Shown: positions 42,063 through 54,600 of the stretch, in pieces
Layout of the letters: each line of letters opens with the position of its first letter
How positions within the stretch are numbered: position 1 is the first letter of the stretch
NCBI GenBank assembly: GCA_000091205.1
Contig: AP006497.2
From: Cyanidioschyzon merolae
Lineage: Eukaryota
Direction: 5' to 3' (one strand)
Length of the DNA: 64,000 nucleotides
Translations under genes and position numbers: made by a program
Notes under the pieces: generated by a model
What the model was told of the DNA's origin: nothing
Database searches by the model: none
What the model saw: the letters and a program-made list of their open reading frames with translations, nothing else

Positions 42063-44390
42063 TCAGATGCTTCCTAAGAAGAAATGCGGCAGAGTCCTCT
42101 GGTTAGCTTCAATGCAACCCAGGAGTATCGCTGGTGTTGGCATCCCGCATCCGAGTGCGAGTCCCGACACTGTACCGCGACCTCTGGGCAGTCCAAGCAT
42201 CTCGTCCAATATCCACGATGCGGAAAGGGGCACGCTTGCGTCGTCCAGCGCGGTACACTTTGTATCCCTGCCCGGAATCGATAGATCGAAGAGGCAGAGG
42301 TGCGCGCAATCATTCTGATCAGTAAGCGGGCAGGCAAGCAGCACCGTTCCATGATGCGTATCGGCTCGTATACTGGGCCGAATGTTGTTACCGAATCGCC
42401 ATGAGGTATATCGCAGCGATGCCGACTCTTCCCCAATTGATTGCAGGTACTGTGCGGCGGGATATCTGTACTCGTGAGAGAGGATCGAGTTCAGGGGTGC
42501 GCTCGTTGTATGTAGCGCTGAGGTAGCCTGCGGCAGTGCGCCAGGTATTGCAGGCTGCTCCAGTCTCGCTTGCAATGGGCTGCTTTCGAGCCCCGATGCG
42601 ACTGAGCTGCTGTTTCGAGCAAGCGTAATCAATAGATTTCTTCGGTATTCTTGTTCGCAAGCGTTGCTAGAATTAGGGAATCTGGCGAAAGGTGCGGCAG
42701 ACGACAGGATCCGCCCATCCTCCGCCGCCGCTCGATACGGTCGCGTAGCGCACGTTGCCTCCGTTTCTGGTTCAAAGCACCAGCGAAGGCGCAAAGGTCC
42801 ATTCCATGACGTGGACGCGCCTCGTTCAACGCTTTGCCCAAAGGCCTGACGGTCGATATCCAAAATTGCGCATCGCCGGAAAGTCGGCGTTGTCACCGCA
42901 AGCGAAAGACAGTCGGGATGTTGGGCGTCTTCCGGTAGCGGTTGGATAGAAGAAAATCGACAAGGTGTTGGGAAGCGCGCTATCATCGTCGTATTTGTGA
43001 CGGTTTCGTATGCGTCCCATAGATGCGCAGTCGAAGCGCTCGTACCTCCTCGGTATTGTTTGGCAAAGGATCCGCCAGATTCCTGGCGATTTTGTCCAGA
43101 GGTATTCCATGGGGATTTCGAGGAACCTGGACATACCTGTGGCCCGAGTCCGACGCCGATTTGCCCCAAGACGGAGGCTGCACTGCTCGTAAGAGAATTC
43201 GTGCTGAGCATGCGGGCGTCATGGAGCTGCAAAACGTCAGTGTAGACAACGCCAACTAGTGTGGGCGCAAGCCGATGGTGGCTGCTCCAGATGCCAACTG
43301 GCATCGACGCATGGCCATGTGTCCTGTCCCGAATGAGGAAGCGTGCAAATCGACGCCAGTCAGGACGCTCCCTTTGGTCCATGATCCCTGCGAAAGGCCC
43401 ATCGCGGTTACAGCCACATAGCAGCATGAGAGTTGGGTGCGGATCCGAGAACGCTGCAGCGTCTGTGTACCAGGCGGCCGCCTGGATCCTACTCGAGCTT
43501 GCGGCGGGCAACGAAAAATGCCAGAAAGGCGCTATAGGCGACGGCTGCTCAGGGGCAGTCCACGGGTGAATCCCGGAATCGGTGCGCTCCAGACTATAGA
43601 CGCCCAAAGCTCGATTCGTCCAGGCCAAGAGCTTTCCCTCGGAGCGCGTCGACTGCCACTGAATGCCGCCCCAGAGGTCAGGGGATGCACTGCCCTGAAT
43701 GCCTTGGTCGCCGAATCGGCGCTGTAATCCGGGCCTGACATTGCCCGATCCACTACTCCCATTACCACCACTACTACTGGTTGAGGGCGGCATCAAGTAC
43801 CCCATGACATGCCAATGTTCCATGCTGGCTGCTTGACGGATATTCCAGAGAAACGCGGACTCCGCCGTACAACAAGCGACGAGCGCAACGTCAGGGTGTG
43901 TATCTAGGGCACGCAACATCCCCTGGCCGTTGTGGAGCGGCCGACGCGCTGCCGTCAAGCGCTCGCGCGTATACCACGCTTCGCCACGTGTAGCGGAGAG
44001 CGCTCGCCACTGCCATGCTTCGCGTTTAGCGCAGGTTCGTTGGTACCAGACGCGTCGCGCGTCGGCGTGGAGTGCACTCCTGGCTGTACACTCACGCTGC
44101 TCCATCCGAGTAACGGTACTGCTCATGTCGGTTGACGGATGGACAACCGCAAGTTGGCAACCGCGGCGCCATGCGCTGCGTTGCTGCTGACAGTTAACGG
44201 CAGCAGCATTTGGAGTAACAACGGCGAGTCGGACGCCAGAAAGAACATGCGCAGGCGCTCTGATGCGTTTTTCGGGTCTCCGCTTCATGGGAGCTGTGTC
44301 TATATTTGTACAGTTTGCCGCTCGGTGCCGGAAAAACGACCGCACCGGCATGTTACCAACGTGAGCATCAGCAGCACCAGCGGCCTCCAT
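42063..44390 (-). CDS. hypothetical protein (775 aa), possibly beta-propeller-like; unassigned
   Basis: Uninterrupted 775-codon ORF with ATG start (cat at 44388-44390). No confident motif. Confidence 0.5.
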   Translation of the reverse strand: MEAAGAADAHVGNMPVRSFFRHRAANCTNIDTAPMKRRPEKRIRAPAHVLSGVRLAVVTPNAAAVNCQQQRSAWRRGCQLAVVHPSTDMSSTVTRMEQRECTARSALHADARRVWYQRTCAKREAWQWRALSATRGEAWYTRERLTAARRPLHNGQGMLRALDTHPDVALVACCTAESAFLWNIRQAASMEHWHVMGYLMPPSTSSSGGNGSSGSGNVRPGLQRRFGDQGIQGSASPDLWGGIQWQSTRSEGKLLAWTNRALGVYSLERTDSGIHPWTAPEQPSPIAPFWHFSLPAASSSRIQAAAWYTDAAAFSDPHPTLMLLCGCNRDGPFAGIMDQRERPDWRRFARFLIRDRTHGHASMPVGIWSSHHRLAPTLVGVVYTDVLQLHDARMLSTNSLTSSAASVLGQIGVGLGPQVCPGSSKSPWNTSGQNRQESGGSFAKQYRGGTSASTAHLWDAYETVTNTTMIARFPTPCRFSSIQPLPEDAQHPDCLSLAVTTPTFRRCAILDIDRQAFGQSVERGASTSWNGPLRLRWCFEPETEATCATRPYRAAAEDGRILSSAAPFARFPNSSNACEQEYRRNLLITLARNSSSVASGLESSPLQARLEQPAIPGALPQATSALHTTSAPLNSILSHEYRYPAAQYLQSIGEESASLRYTSWRFGNNIRPSIRADTHHGTVLLACPLTDQNDCAHLCLFDLSIPGRDTKCTALDDASVPLSASWILDEMLGLPRGRGTVSGLALGCGMPTPAILLGCIEANQRTLPHFFLGSI

Positions 44391-45041
44391 ACAGAGGAAC
44401 GTATTGGAGTTAAGGCGCTGATCTGCAGGTCCTATTACCGTGTAGCTACTTCACCCAGCGTACCGCAACAAGTGCAACACAAACACACGAACGAACGAGA
44501 AAGCAGCGGTTTCGGCAGCTCTAACTTGTCCCTGGGACGTTCCCGTTCACGCCTGGTGCCCAGCAGCGTACGTGCACCAAACGTGCGTGCCTAGGCACCC
44601 GAAATAGAAACGAACACCCCGCGGGACGCGTTCGTGCACACAGCGTTTCCCGCGTGTTTGCTTACCAGGTTCAAACGCGGTCCACTGTACGCAATCAACG
44701 AAGCAAACAACCAGTTCCCGGACGCAGCGTCCAACAGCGCTTCACTACGGAGTCTTACGAAAGTGCCTGATGATTGTGTTTGACGCAAGCTGTACTCGTT
44801 CTGCATCCAAGCAGGTGCAGCTCGGGTGCGTTTGTGTACCTGCTGGATGCTGGTGTTGCCTGCAGAGGCCGCAGTGTGAGGCTGCGCCCCAGCGCCTGCG
44901 ATGACGATGAAGAAGATGGTGATTCGCGCCAGAACGCCCCCCGGATCGATCCGGTGCACGATCGTATCTAACGCTGAATGAAGCCTTTCTTCGATACTGT
45001 TGCTGTTGCTGCTGCTCTAGGACGCACCCTGGCAGACACCA

Positions 45042-48000
45042 ATGGCTTTCCTGCCTCTAGTGCCTAGACCAGTTGGGACGAGACGGTGGTCAGGAACGTG
45101 GAACAATGCTTCAGTAGAGTCCAGAAAAGCGGCAGCGTGGAGGCAAAGCGACAGGCTCAAACCGGCAAAGGAGGTGCCTGCGAAGCAGCGTACCTCTTCG
45201 TCAAGGACACCGCCTCGTTCCTCCTTAACCCAGCGTCTGCGGGCGCTCGCCAATGTACCGGAAAGGAAAGACAACGGCTCGCTACTGGACGCTGAACAAG
45301 AAGCGCTGGAGTCGATGTTTTCGTTCAGCTTGGATGAGTTCCAGTTGCGGGCGATTCGCTCCGTGCTACAGTCGCGCTCGGTGGTCGTTTCGGTTCCGAC
45401 CGGCTCCGGAAAAACTGTGATTGGCGAAGCAGCACTCGCAATTGCGCTGAAAAAAGGCATGCGTGCTTTCTACACGACGCCGTTAAAGGCGCTCTCGAAC
45501 CAGAAGTTTGGCGACTTTTGTGATCGTTTTGGGACAGAGCAGGTTGGCTTGCTCACTGGCGACATTTCCATTCGCCCGGACGCTCCCATCCTCGTGATGA
45601 CCACCGAAGTGTACCGCAATATGCTGTACCGCTGCCGTACTGGGGTGCTTGCGGAGCTGAGCGTCGCCGCATCCCCAGTAGACGAGGTGCTGGCACCGGC
45701 GACAGAGGACGCCCACTCGATTGCACCGCTTCTGCGTGCTGGCTATCTCGATGACCTTTTCGTGGTTGTATTCGATGAGTTTCACTACATGAATGATCGC
45801 GAACGTGGTACAGTTTGGGAGGAGGCTGTCATCGGCAGTCCGACGCATACGATCCTGGTGGCGCTCTCGGCAACGATGCGCAATGCAGCAGAGATCAGCG
45901 AATGGTTCGAGGCAGTCCACGGTGTAACAGACCTGATCGTAGCTAATGATCGCCCTGTACCTCTGGAGTATGTGTATCTGGACGCGGATGGCCTGCATCC
46001 GCTTTTGGTGCCGCTAAAGCGAAGCAGCGGTGATAAGGGGAAGGGGTTTGGGCGCTCTCGCCAGCGCGGTGCCCGAAACGAGAGCAAACTTCCAACCATA
46101 GAGGGTCGCTATCAAATGAATCCGGAGCTGGTATGGAATGTCGGCCAAGAGAGCAAGCAGATCGCTGAGCGACGTCAACGTTGGCGCGACGCGAATGACC
46201 CGAACCTGCGACGCTCTGCGGAGGTGCTGGAGCGTCGCGAAGCTCGCCGCCTGCGCGAGCTCTACCGCGTTAGCGTTCCCTCGTACCCTTTCCTGGTTCG
46301 TTGTCTTCGTAATCGTCAGCTGCTCCCGGCAATTGTTTTCGTGTTTTCCCGAAGTGGGTGCGATCGAGCGGTTTCGGAGGTACTTCGGGAGCGCAGCGCC
46401 CTCAAGCTGGTGAGCAAAGCTGAGCGCGCCATGCTCGAATCTGAAATGGAGGCGTTTTTCGAAGTGCATCCAGAGCTGCGTGAGAATCCAGACTCCCAGA
46501 AACGCTATGAATCAATCATGGAGGGCGTTGCCGCTCACCATGCTGGCATGTTACCGCTTTGGAAGGCGCTCGTCGAACAGCTGTTTCAAGCCAACTTGAT
46601 CAAAGTGGTATTCGCGACCGAAACCCTCGCCGCCGGAATCAACATGCCAGCTCGCTCGACGGTGGTAACCGCTCTGAGCAAACGCTCCCGTAGCGAAGGC
46701 ATTCAGCGCCTGACACCGAACGAGTTCCTGCAAATGGCGGGCAGGGCTGGACGCCGCGGTATGGACCCCATCGGCTACGTCGTCGTCATGCAAAGTGCCT
46801 GGGAGCCATCCGCAGAGGTCGCTTGTCAGCTGCTGCAACGAGGTGCGGACGCCCTGCGTTCCAACTTTGTGCCGTCCTACGGCATGGCTTTGAACCTGCT
46901 CCGTTATCCGGGTACACCACTGCAGAGTGCACGACGCTATCTGGAGCGGTCGTTTGGAAGTTTTCTGGCATCGCGTGGTCGTCTGAACCAATGGAAGCCG
47001 GAAATCCACGATGAGGTCGAGGCACTCGAACGTCAAGTGAAGGAAGCACATCGCATCTTTGCGCAGCACGGCGGCGAGAAGGTTGTCGCCGCTTACGATA
47101 AACTGCTGGAGCGATTGCGCTGTGAGGAGCGGATTCTCGGATACCTACATGAGCAACACGAAGAGAGTGCGGTTAGCATCATGGAGGACCTGTTGGTATT
47201 CTCGGACCCGGGAACGATTGTCTTGCTTCCTGATCGAGCGGAACGCGCCGTACTTGCTGGTGTCGTCGTCGAGCGCACACTGGACACCCCGTTGCGCTTT
47301 GCACTTGTCGCCGCGGATGGTCGTATTCGAGTGTGCGGACCGCGCTACATTGCAGCTGTGCTTTCCAAAGAGCCGCTGGCGAAGGTTTCGCTCCCAGACT
47401 CTTTGACTGGACTCAAAGCCGAAGCACTGAGCGTCCTACATTGGCGAGAGCTTTTTTCAGCTTCCAGCCGCTATGGTGAAGTTCGGGAAACGTTTGAGCC
47501 GGTCATGGACTGCGGCCTCGTGGATGTTGGCACAGCGCCTGCGCTCGAGTACTCGGAAATGACCACCTGGGATGATTTGGCAGCACCACCGCTCGCGGTG
47601 CCCGAGATACGTCGCCAGCAGAAACTCGTCGTCGACCTTCAGGAGCGTTTGGCGAGTTTCAGTCTGCACGATCATCCTGATTGCGAACTTGTACTGAAAG
47701 CCTATCGATCCCTGGGCGTCGCTGAAGCACACCTTGGTCGTCTCCGTCAGCGGCTGATGCGTCAAACCATGCAAGCTACTGCTACCGAGTCGTGGAATAT
47801 TTTTCGTGCTCTCGTCGATGTTCTCGAGCGCTATCGGTGTTTGGAGCGCGTCGAGGAAGTAGAAGACGATGCTCGTGCCGAGTCTGGGCAGGATGTGACG
47901 CGAGCTGCACCTGAGGCCTCCGACGATACCGGCTCGCGATACACGTTCTTCCGCTTGACCGAGTTCGGTTCTATTGTTGCTGGATTGCGCGTTGAAAACG

Positions 48001-48686
48001 AGTTATGGGCGGGACTGGCGCTCATCCACGCCGAGCAGCAACTCGCAGGGCTTGCACCGCACGAGCTCGCGGCTGTCGTAGCATCGATTGCGGCAGACAC
48101 GAGTCTCCCGCCCGGCGGCTACTGTCGTTTCCTGCCCAGCGTCCGAGTTTTGGACCTATGTCGGGAGGTGCTGGGCCCGTTGCGCAAGCAGCTTGCGGCA
48201 GCACAACAGGAAGCACTGGAGACGTACTGGTCGCCGTCCATGGCGACGCTGAACGGCGAGCTCATGATTCCCGATGTGCGGCTGTCGTACGACCTAGCCG
48301 GTGTTGTGGAAGCCTGGGCGTGCGAGACGCCGTGGTCAACGCTGCTGAATGGGGTCAGCCTTGATGAAGGCGATATCGTTCGTCTCCTGCGTCGCACGAT
48401 CGACCTGTTGCGGCAGATAGCGAACCTTGGCACCAGCTCGGGTCTCGGATGGTCTCGTCGTGTTGCCGCACTCGTTTCCTCACAGCTAGTGGTGAATGCG
48501 AAACGAGCACTTACACTGATCGATCGCTATCCAGTTAATGATGGCGGTCTAGAACGGGCGTCTGGTGGACAGGTTGCCGAGTCGCTGGAGCTCGACAACG
48601 ACTCCGACGAGGACAGTGCGGAGGTCGAAGAAGACGTAGCCTGGGACTCGGGTGAAGATGCGATATTGGCCACCTCCGATGAGTGA
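45042..48686 (+). CDS. Ski2-like DExH-box RNA helicase (HelY/ISE2-like) with ~100-aa N-terminal extension
   Basis: Q-motif FSLDEFQLRAIRSV, motif I VPTGSGKTVIGE, motif II VVFDEFHYMND (DEFH), motif III LSATMRNA, and Ski2-signature HHAGMLPLWKALVEQLFQANLIKVVFATETLAAGINMPARSTVV, QMAGRAGRRGMD. Basic/Ser-rich N-terminal ~100 aa before the helicase core. 1214 aa. Confidence 0.85.
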   Translation: MAFLPLVPRPVGTRRWSGTWNNASVESRKAAAWRQSDRLKPAKEVPAKQRTSSSRTPPRSSLTQRLRALANVPERKDNGSLLDAEQEALESMFSFSLDEFQLRAIRSVLQSRSVVVSVPTGSGKTVIGEAALAIALKKGMRAFYTTPLKALSNQKFGDFCDRFGTEQVGLLTGDISIRPDAPILVMTTEVYRNMLYRCRTGVLAELSVAASPVDEVLAPATEDAHSIAPLLRAGYLDDLFVVVFDEFHYMNDRERGTVWEEAVIGSPTHTILVALSATMRNAAEISEWFEAVHGVTDLIVANDRPVPLEYVYLDADGLHPLLVPLKRSSGDKGKGFGRSRQRGARNESKLPTIEGRYQMNPELVWNVGQESKQIAERRQRWRDANDPNLRRSAEVLERREARRLRELYRVSVPSYPFLVRCLRNRQLLPAIVFVFSRSGCDRAVSEVLRERSALKLVSKAERAMLESEMEAFFEVHPELRENPDSQKRYESIMEGVAAHHAGMLPLWKALVEQLFQANLIKVVFATETLAAGINMPARSTVVTALSKRSRSEGIQRLTPNEFLQMAGRAGRRGMDPIGYVVVMQSAWEPSAEVACQLLQRGADALRSNFVPSYGMALNLLRYPGTPLQSARRYLERSFGSFLASRGRLNQWKPEIHDEVEALERQVKEAHRIFAQHGGEKVVAAYDKLLERLRCEERILGYLHEQHEESAVSIMEDLLVFSDPGTIVLLPDRAERAVLAGVVVERTLDTPLRFALVAADGRIRVCGPRYIAAVLSKEPLAKVSLPDSLTGLKAEALSVLHWRELFSASSRYGEVRETFEPVMDCGLVDVGTAPALEYSEMTTWDDLAAPPLAVPEIRRQQKLVVDLQERLASFSLHDHPDCELVLKAYRSLGVAEAHLGRLRQRLMRQTMQATATESWNIFRALVDVLERYRCLERVEEVEDDARAESGQDVTRAAPEASDDTGSRYTFFRLTEFGSIVAGLRVENELWAGLALIHAEQQLAGLAPHELAAVVASIAADTSLPPGGYCRFLPSVRVLDLCREVLGPLRKQLAAAQQEALETYWSPSMATLNGELMIPDVRLSYDLAGVVEAWACETPWSTLLNGVSLDEGDIVRLLRRTIDLLRQIANLGTSSGLGWSRRVAALVSSQLVVNAKRALTLIDRYPVNDGGLERASGGQVAESLELDNDSDEDSAEVEEDVAWDSGEDAILATSDE

Positions 48687-51600
48687 AATTTAGCTTGTAA
48701 AGGCACTGAAGCGGAGCTCGCTGACCATCGATGACCTGCAGCAGCATGGAAGAGAAACGGTCTTTGCAAGGTGCACATGAAGAAGCCGATTACCCGCAGA
48801 GTCGACGACGGGACTTGCAGGCGAGACTCGCGAAGCGCCAGCCCTGGTAGCACTCGTCTTATTTCGAGTCTGGGATACTGGGAACAATGGAAAAAGGATT
48901 CGGGTGTCGTTTCGTGAAACGTTGCAGTAACTCGTTGTATGTCGGAGTTGTATGCAGAGCGGTACATTCGGGAACTACTGTAAGAGGACGTTGTTTTGTT
49001 TGTTCTTTTTTCTCGCGGATATTCTACACAAGGATTGCATGCTGTATATTGGAGAAAGATTGCATGAAGACACGATACGATGCTTGATGGATTGCGGAAA
49101 TCGGCCTCGCTTGTACATGTCAGTTATTCTACGGGATGCAGGTGGTTGAATTGCCGGTCACGCCGTCCTTGTTCTCAACGTCGTGCACCGAAAACGGGAC
49201 TTGTAAAAATCGGTGTACACGACACTCTCCCTATCAATCCAGTAAAAGGCGTGCATTCTCGGAGAAAAGTCTACAATAGAAGCAACAGGATGTGAGGTTT
49301 CTGTACCGCTGACACGAACGTGGATCAAGAGACGCGAAAGCACAGAGAATGATGTGCACATTTATGGGCATGCGTCGCGCCTTGAACAAAAAGCATATAA
49401 TGTATGTTACACGAGCAAGCGATTGATTGCTGCAGGAAGGACTGGTGCGGGTCTCAGTGTATGCGGCTTGATTCTAGACAAGTGGTATTCCTGTATGCAC
49501 GTACTCGGAGTCGCGCAATCTGCAATGCGGAAAAAAATGAAACACGCGAGCGCAGTGACAGCACCAGAAGTCACAGTGATTCTACTATAAGGGCACCAAC
49601 GGAACACCGAACGCTCAGGAATGTTCGACGCCTCATGTTTCACTGAAGCTCTCCACGTGGTTACCCATTCTCGCTTTCTTTGGTCCTGTTCATGGAGAAC
49701 GATGCTTTCCCGAACATAAAAGCGGTCATGGAATACACAGCTGAGTTTTGCGCTGAGCTGCCCTTCTTTCAGACGTTTTCTTCTCGGTTCAATCGAGTCG
49801 AATCCATAGCGTTTCTGCCTTGATGGAGCGTCTGCACCGGCGCGTTTGGTGCTATTGTAGACGCTCACGGCAGGCTGAGCGCACAGTAGTACGGATGCAA
49901 CGACCGGTCTCTTCAGGGGGAAGGGTTGCGGTGGCTGTTGCACCTCGCATGACTCGCGTGGAATCATGACTGCCCGCCCCTATACTGATAACAACCGCGG
50001 CTTTGGGTATTCCAGCAAGTGGAAATGCGGGGAAATCAAGTAAATTCCATCCAAAGGCGTCGTCTTTGTCGTCTAGCGCTATTTCTATGCTCATGGATCA
50101 ATTTACAACTCATTCGGACCGAAGGAAACGTTCTTCGACGAGTCTTTCTCTACTTTTTCCTGTCCTGAACCACAGCGCAGCTTCGAATCCTGTGCACGGG
50201 AGGGAGCGAAACGGCGTGCATCTATTCTTGGGCGTACGCACAACCGAGACAACGATGAAACCCGACGTGAGGAATCCTTGGTACATGCACAGGAGAGGCG
50301 AGGTGCCGCACCAACGGCCATCAAAGGTGTCTGATTCGCGCTAAAACATGAATATGGAGTGCAGTGAACGCATTGGTGCCACTCTGTTGAATTATAGTGT
50401 AAGAGAAAATTCTACGCGACAAATCAGAGCAAGATAATCCTAGAGTGCAGACGGGTGAACACATCGAGGAAAAAATGTTTGCACATGAAAGAAAGTTCTG
50501 AAACTATTAGAAAAGGAACTCCCTGTGAAAGCTCACCAACGGGAAGATCGCTTCAACTGGTGAGATGCAGAACGCCTTTCGAGCATCTTTCTCATAGATA
50601 GCTCACATCGCCTCTCTCGCGTTGGCGCATACCGTCAAGCTACTGGTCGTGCGAGTTCGGGGCAGAGGGCTTTCAGCTGTGCAGTTTATTCTGGAATTTT
50701 TCAATCAAATCGTCGTACAAGTACCGGTGCTCAGGCAGAGGATGCAATACAACCCGATCGCCGGGTCAGGGATTTGCAAAGACGCTCCTCTGAATCCCTT
50801 GACAGGTCGCCGTGCTAGCCCGGCGATCGGAGTATCTACTGCGCCGGTGCCGAAAAGTTTCATACCGATCTCAAAAAAACTGCATGAAATCAGGGTTCAT
50901 GTCGAGCGCTTCGAGAGTCGCGCTCTGTTGCCGTTGGAAACTCACTGTACTGGCACCGGGAAGCAGGGACCGTTGCAAGAGATTCTAGGTTTCAGACAGT
51001 ACATCAATGTCCAAATGGCCTATGCGGACGAATTGTGGCAAGCGTACCCGCGATCAAGCAGAAACTGCCGACTGTTCCAGTTCTACAACGGTAAGAGGCG
51101 TGAACTCGTCAGCTTGTTCAATGAGCTGGAAGAAAAAATCATCGATAACTCGCAACGTTTGGTGTTCGTCAAGAGAGCTGGACGTACTGCAGTGCACAAA
51201 GGCTGCGCTCCTGCGTCATCGACTTGAACGCATGATGCGTACATGAACCAATGCTGCACGTTTCCCATCGATGGGTTTACGACGGTATAGACGCTCGACG
51301 AGCACATGAAGACGCTGAAACAGATAGGAAAGAAAAACGTGAAACGGAGACGGATGCAAGAGATGGTGTTTGGTTGTCGGAGCAAACGTCAGATGGCTAG
51401 AGAATCGATGGTGAGCTGGTTCTGATGATATGATTCCATGAGCAAGGATGTGCTCGAGGACATTCTAAACATTGATCTCAATGCCTCTATCAACCATTCG
51501 AAATGTCTCGTACTTTTGAAGTGTCTTGAGGCTTCGCCTCGAGAGAACATTCAAGGAAATCATTCGGTGTTCAATGTGGATGTGATGCTGAAATGCTGCA

Positions 51601-54600
51601 GACTTTCAATGAAAAAATCAGTGGACAACACAGAGGTCACTAGATTCTCGCCTGTAGCGGTGCATTAGCGACGTGCGCTGGGCAGTCAAGCAAGCACGGC
51701 TGGAGCAACGTATTCACAACGGGAACGATTTTCCCGGGCACTTGCTGAAAGATGATTTTGTTCTGTTGTGCGATGTTCGTGCGTCACCTGATACGTAATG
51801 GGCGCTTCGTGTCAGTCGCTTCCAATCAAACTTTGTGGCGTGCATGACATCTCCCGATGATTTCGAGCGAAAATCCCGTGTTGGATTCGTTATTGGACGT
51901 AGGCTGCAGTTCGAGGTTTTCGTCTGCCTGCACGCCTCCGTCCACGAAAATGTGTTTTCGAGGATTGGCTTCACTGCACCATGACTGGATTCCATGCGAA
52001 TAGCAGGCTGTCAACTTGCGCCCTGACTGCGAATTGTCGCTACATGCTGAGCGGTTTGGAATGCTTCTGCATGTCCTAGCGAGTCGACAAGAGCTCTCTT
52101 GCTGCAGAGGCACGAAGGATACCCCTGATGCCTCGGATCTATCGACCGTGGAAAGCGTTCGCACGGGAGATACGTCCAGATGCTCACGTAAGTACGCACA
52201 ACGAGAATATGAAAGAAGGTGCTGCTCCGAATCGTCTCTTCTTCGAGGTATGCGCCTGAAGAAGAGCTTTTGGGGATAAGGTGCGGTTTATCCACGGTGG
52301 GTGCATGCGAGCAGTGGTGTAGACGGAATCGTCTGAACCTCGGAGTGCCCAGGGCTCGCGACTGGCGCCCAAGTCATCAAGTTGCTGCCGAGACTTCGAC
52401 AGGAGTTCGCGTACGAGGAGTGCTGTCGGGCGGCCAACAACTCGTGTCTCGCAGTCGGTCGAGTCGCATCACATCCTGCGTGGAGACGGAAGCTATCCGC
52501 TCGATGTCTCGGTGGACCAACGCCTTCCTCGAGGTGCGCATTGATGCCGATGTCCGTCTATATCCGGCAATAAGATCGCAACCGCAACGGCTACCTGCTC
52601 GTTGGTCGGCAAACAGCGGACAACCAGTCGGCGCGCTTGAACCCTCTACCAAAACTCATCATCTTGTGCTCGCTCGTTATCAGCGTATCCGGAAGCTGGA
52701 TTGGTTGCAGGTTTCAGATAAAGCGCACTGAGGCTTGCACCTGTTGGCAAGGCCGAGCCAAAAAGTGCCACTCGTTCAGGGCGCCCCGTGCGGGCGTGGC
52801 GCTCGCGGGATACGTATTGGACTGGCACTGCTACGAACTTTACCACAGCGTCTAAGCTAAACTCCCGCCTGCTGTAGTGTATGAGCAGCACAGCGCTGCG
52901 TAGCGTGAATCTGGCCCGAGTCCCGACACTTTGAGGCTCGTCTTGGATATGATGCGTTCTTGGCGGTGCAGCAGCTCCGCTCACAGCACTGCGCACCAAG
53001 GTCTGTGAAGCGGCGCCTTACTCGCCAGTCTTGGTTATGTTGCAGCGCGCTGAGGCATTCTGAGATTGCAACCTGCACTCGAGCTCGACACATTCTGAGG
53101 AACTTCCGGCGTTCAGGGTTCGATAAACACAGGTGGTAGGTGGCCACCACACGCCAGTACTGTTGGAGGGCTCGTTTCGCTTGCGCCGAAAGCCACTGTA
53201 CGTACATAGACGGTACCGATATGCGCTCTTCTGCTTTCAGCAAGTGTGCTACGCTACTGGTGCAAACTGGACAGAGGTGGTATATGCGTGCCTCCTCTAT
53301 TGCCTTCTCAAGGTGAGCGTACGCGTCCACAAACTGAGACCAGGCCCAGATGCGATACATTCCTATGCCATTGGCGCGATAGGGAGAACATTTCAGGCGA
53401 GGCATGGAACTTCAACTACTGAGCCAAGTCTTCCAACAAGTTTCAGGAACCGAATGTTATTTATGAATTAGCTAGTGTCGTGTCTTGAGCAGACCAAGGC
53501 TTGGGTTGCGCTGTTCATCGACAGGTGGACAAGCATCCATTTGACCAGAGAGTGATTGTTGGACATCTACGGTTCCTCTTCTGGATGGTTTAGATCCTTG
53601 AAATCAGGAAGCAGGTCGCCGTGATCTTGAACGAATTCCTTCGTAGGCAAAATGCCAGTCGCAGGTCTCAATGGGGCGGCCCTCACTTTCTCCCGCGTTG
53701 TATGATACGGTCTCTCGCTGAAGCGCGAACTGCGGATGGAGAGCCATGCCAAATCCATGCAACCCTTGCTGCTTTTTATGGAATGTGTGCTGTCTTGCAT
53801 GCTGTTCCTAATCACACTGCCGTGTACTTCAAGGCGATGAGCGGCATGCTTGGCGCTGTCGGATGCGAGCGACCGAGCATCATCTAAACCGTCGTTCCGG
53901 TCGAGGATGAAAGTACGACATAGCCGCTGCGGCGGTGTCGCGGAGCGGTGCCTGTATTTGACCTCTTAAAATTGGATCTTTTTTTCGAAGCTGTATGCGC
54001 ATCAAGGCAGTCTGGTGAAGCACGAAGGACGCTCGAATGCATTAAAATCCTCCAAAGAGAGACTAGCGGAGTGGGACGTTTGGAATGACCGAGCGAGCTG
54101 TGACCTGTATTGTCGGATTTTTTGGTCTATAGTATAGCAAACAGGAGCTTTTCATTCGTCACTGAGAAAGCGGCCTGCAATGGCATCAGGTTAAAAAATA
54201 CACAACGCGTCAATGACAAAATGGAATCATGCTCGTCTGGGACCGACTTGATTTGCCCACTTATAGGCCGGGCGCTGACTGATATGGTTGCCTACTGCTA
54301 GAGCACGTTTTCGAAGGATTCGCAATAGCGCAGGGCACCATACCTGGGTCCCGGTCTCAGGGCGGAGTCACCATTGGCATGTTGTTCTGGTAGAGCACCT
54401 GACCCGCCACAGGGCCAACATGTACACAGATGCAAGCACTCTGGATAACCCTGCTCAAGTACGCACTTTGCTCGTCCTAAACCAAGTGTAGAGATGTTGC
54501 GGGACTAGGGCATACACCTGTTGCGTATGGGCGTGCGTGCGGGCTTCTCGCCACATCTTTGCATACTTCCGACAAACGCCTTACAGATTCATCAACAACC

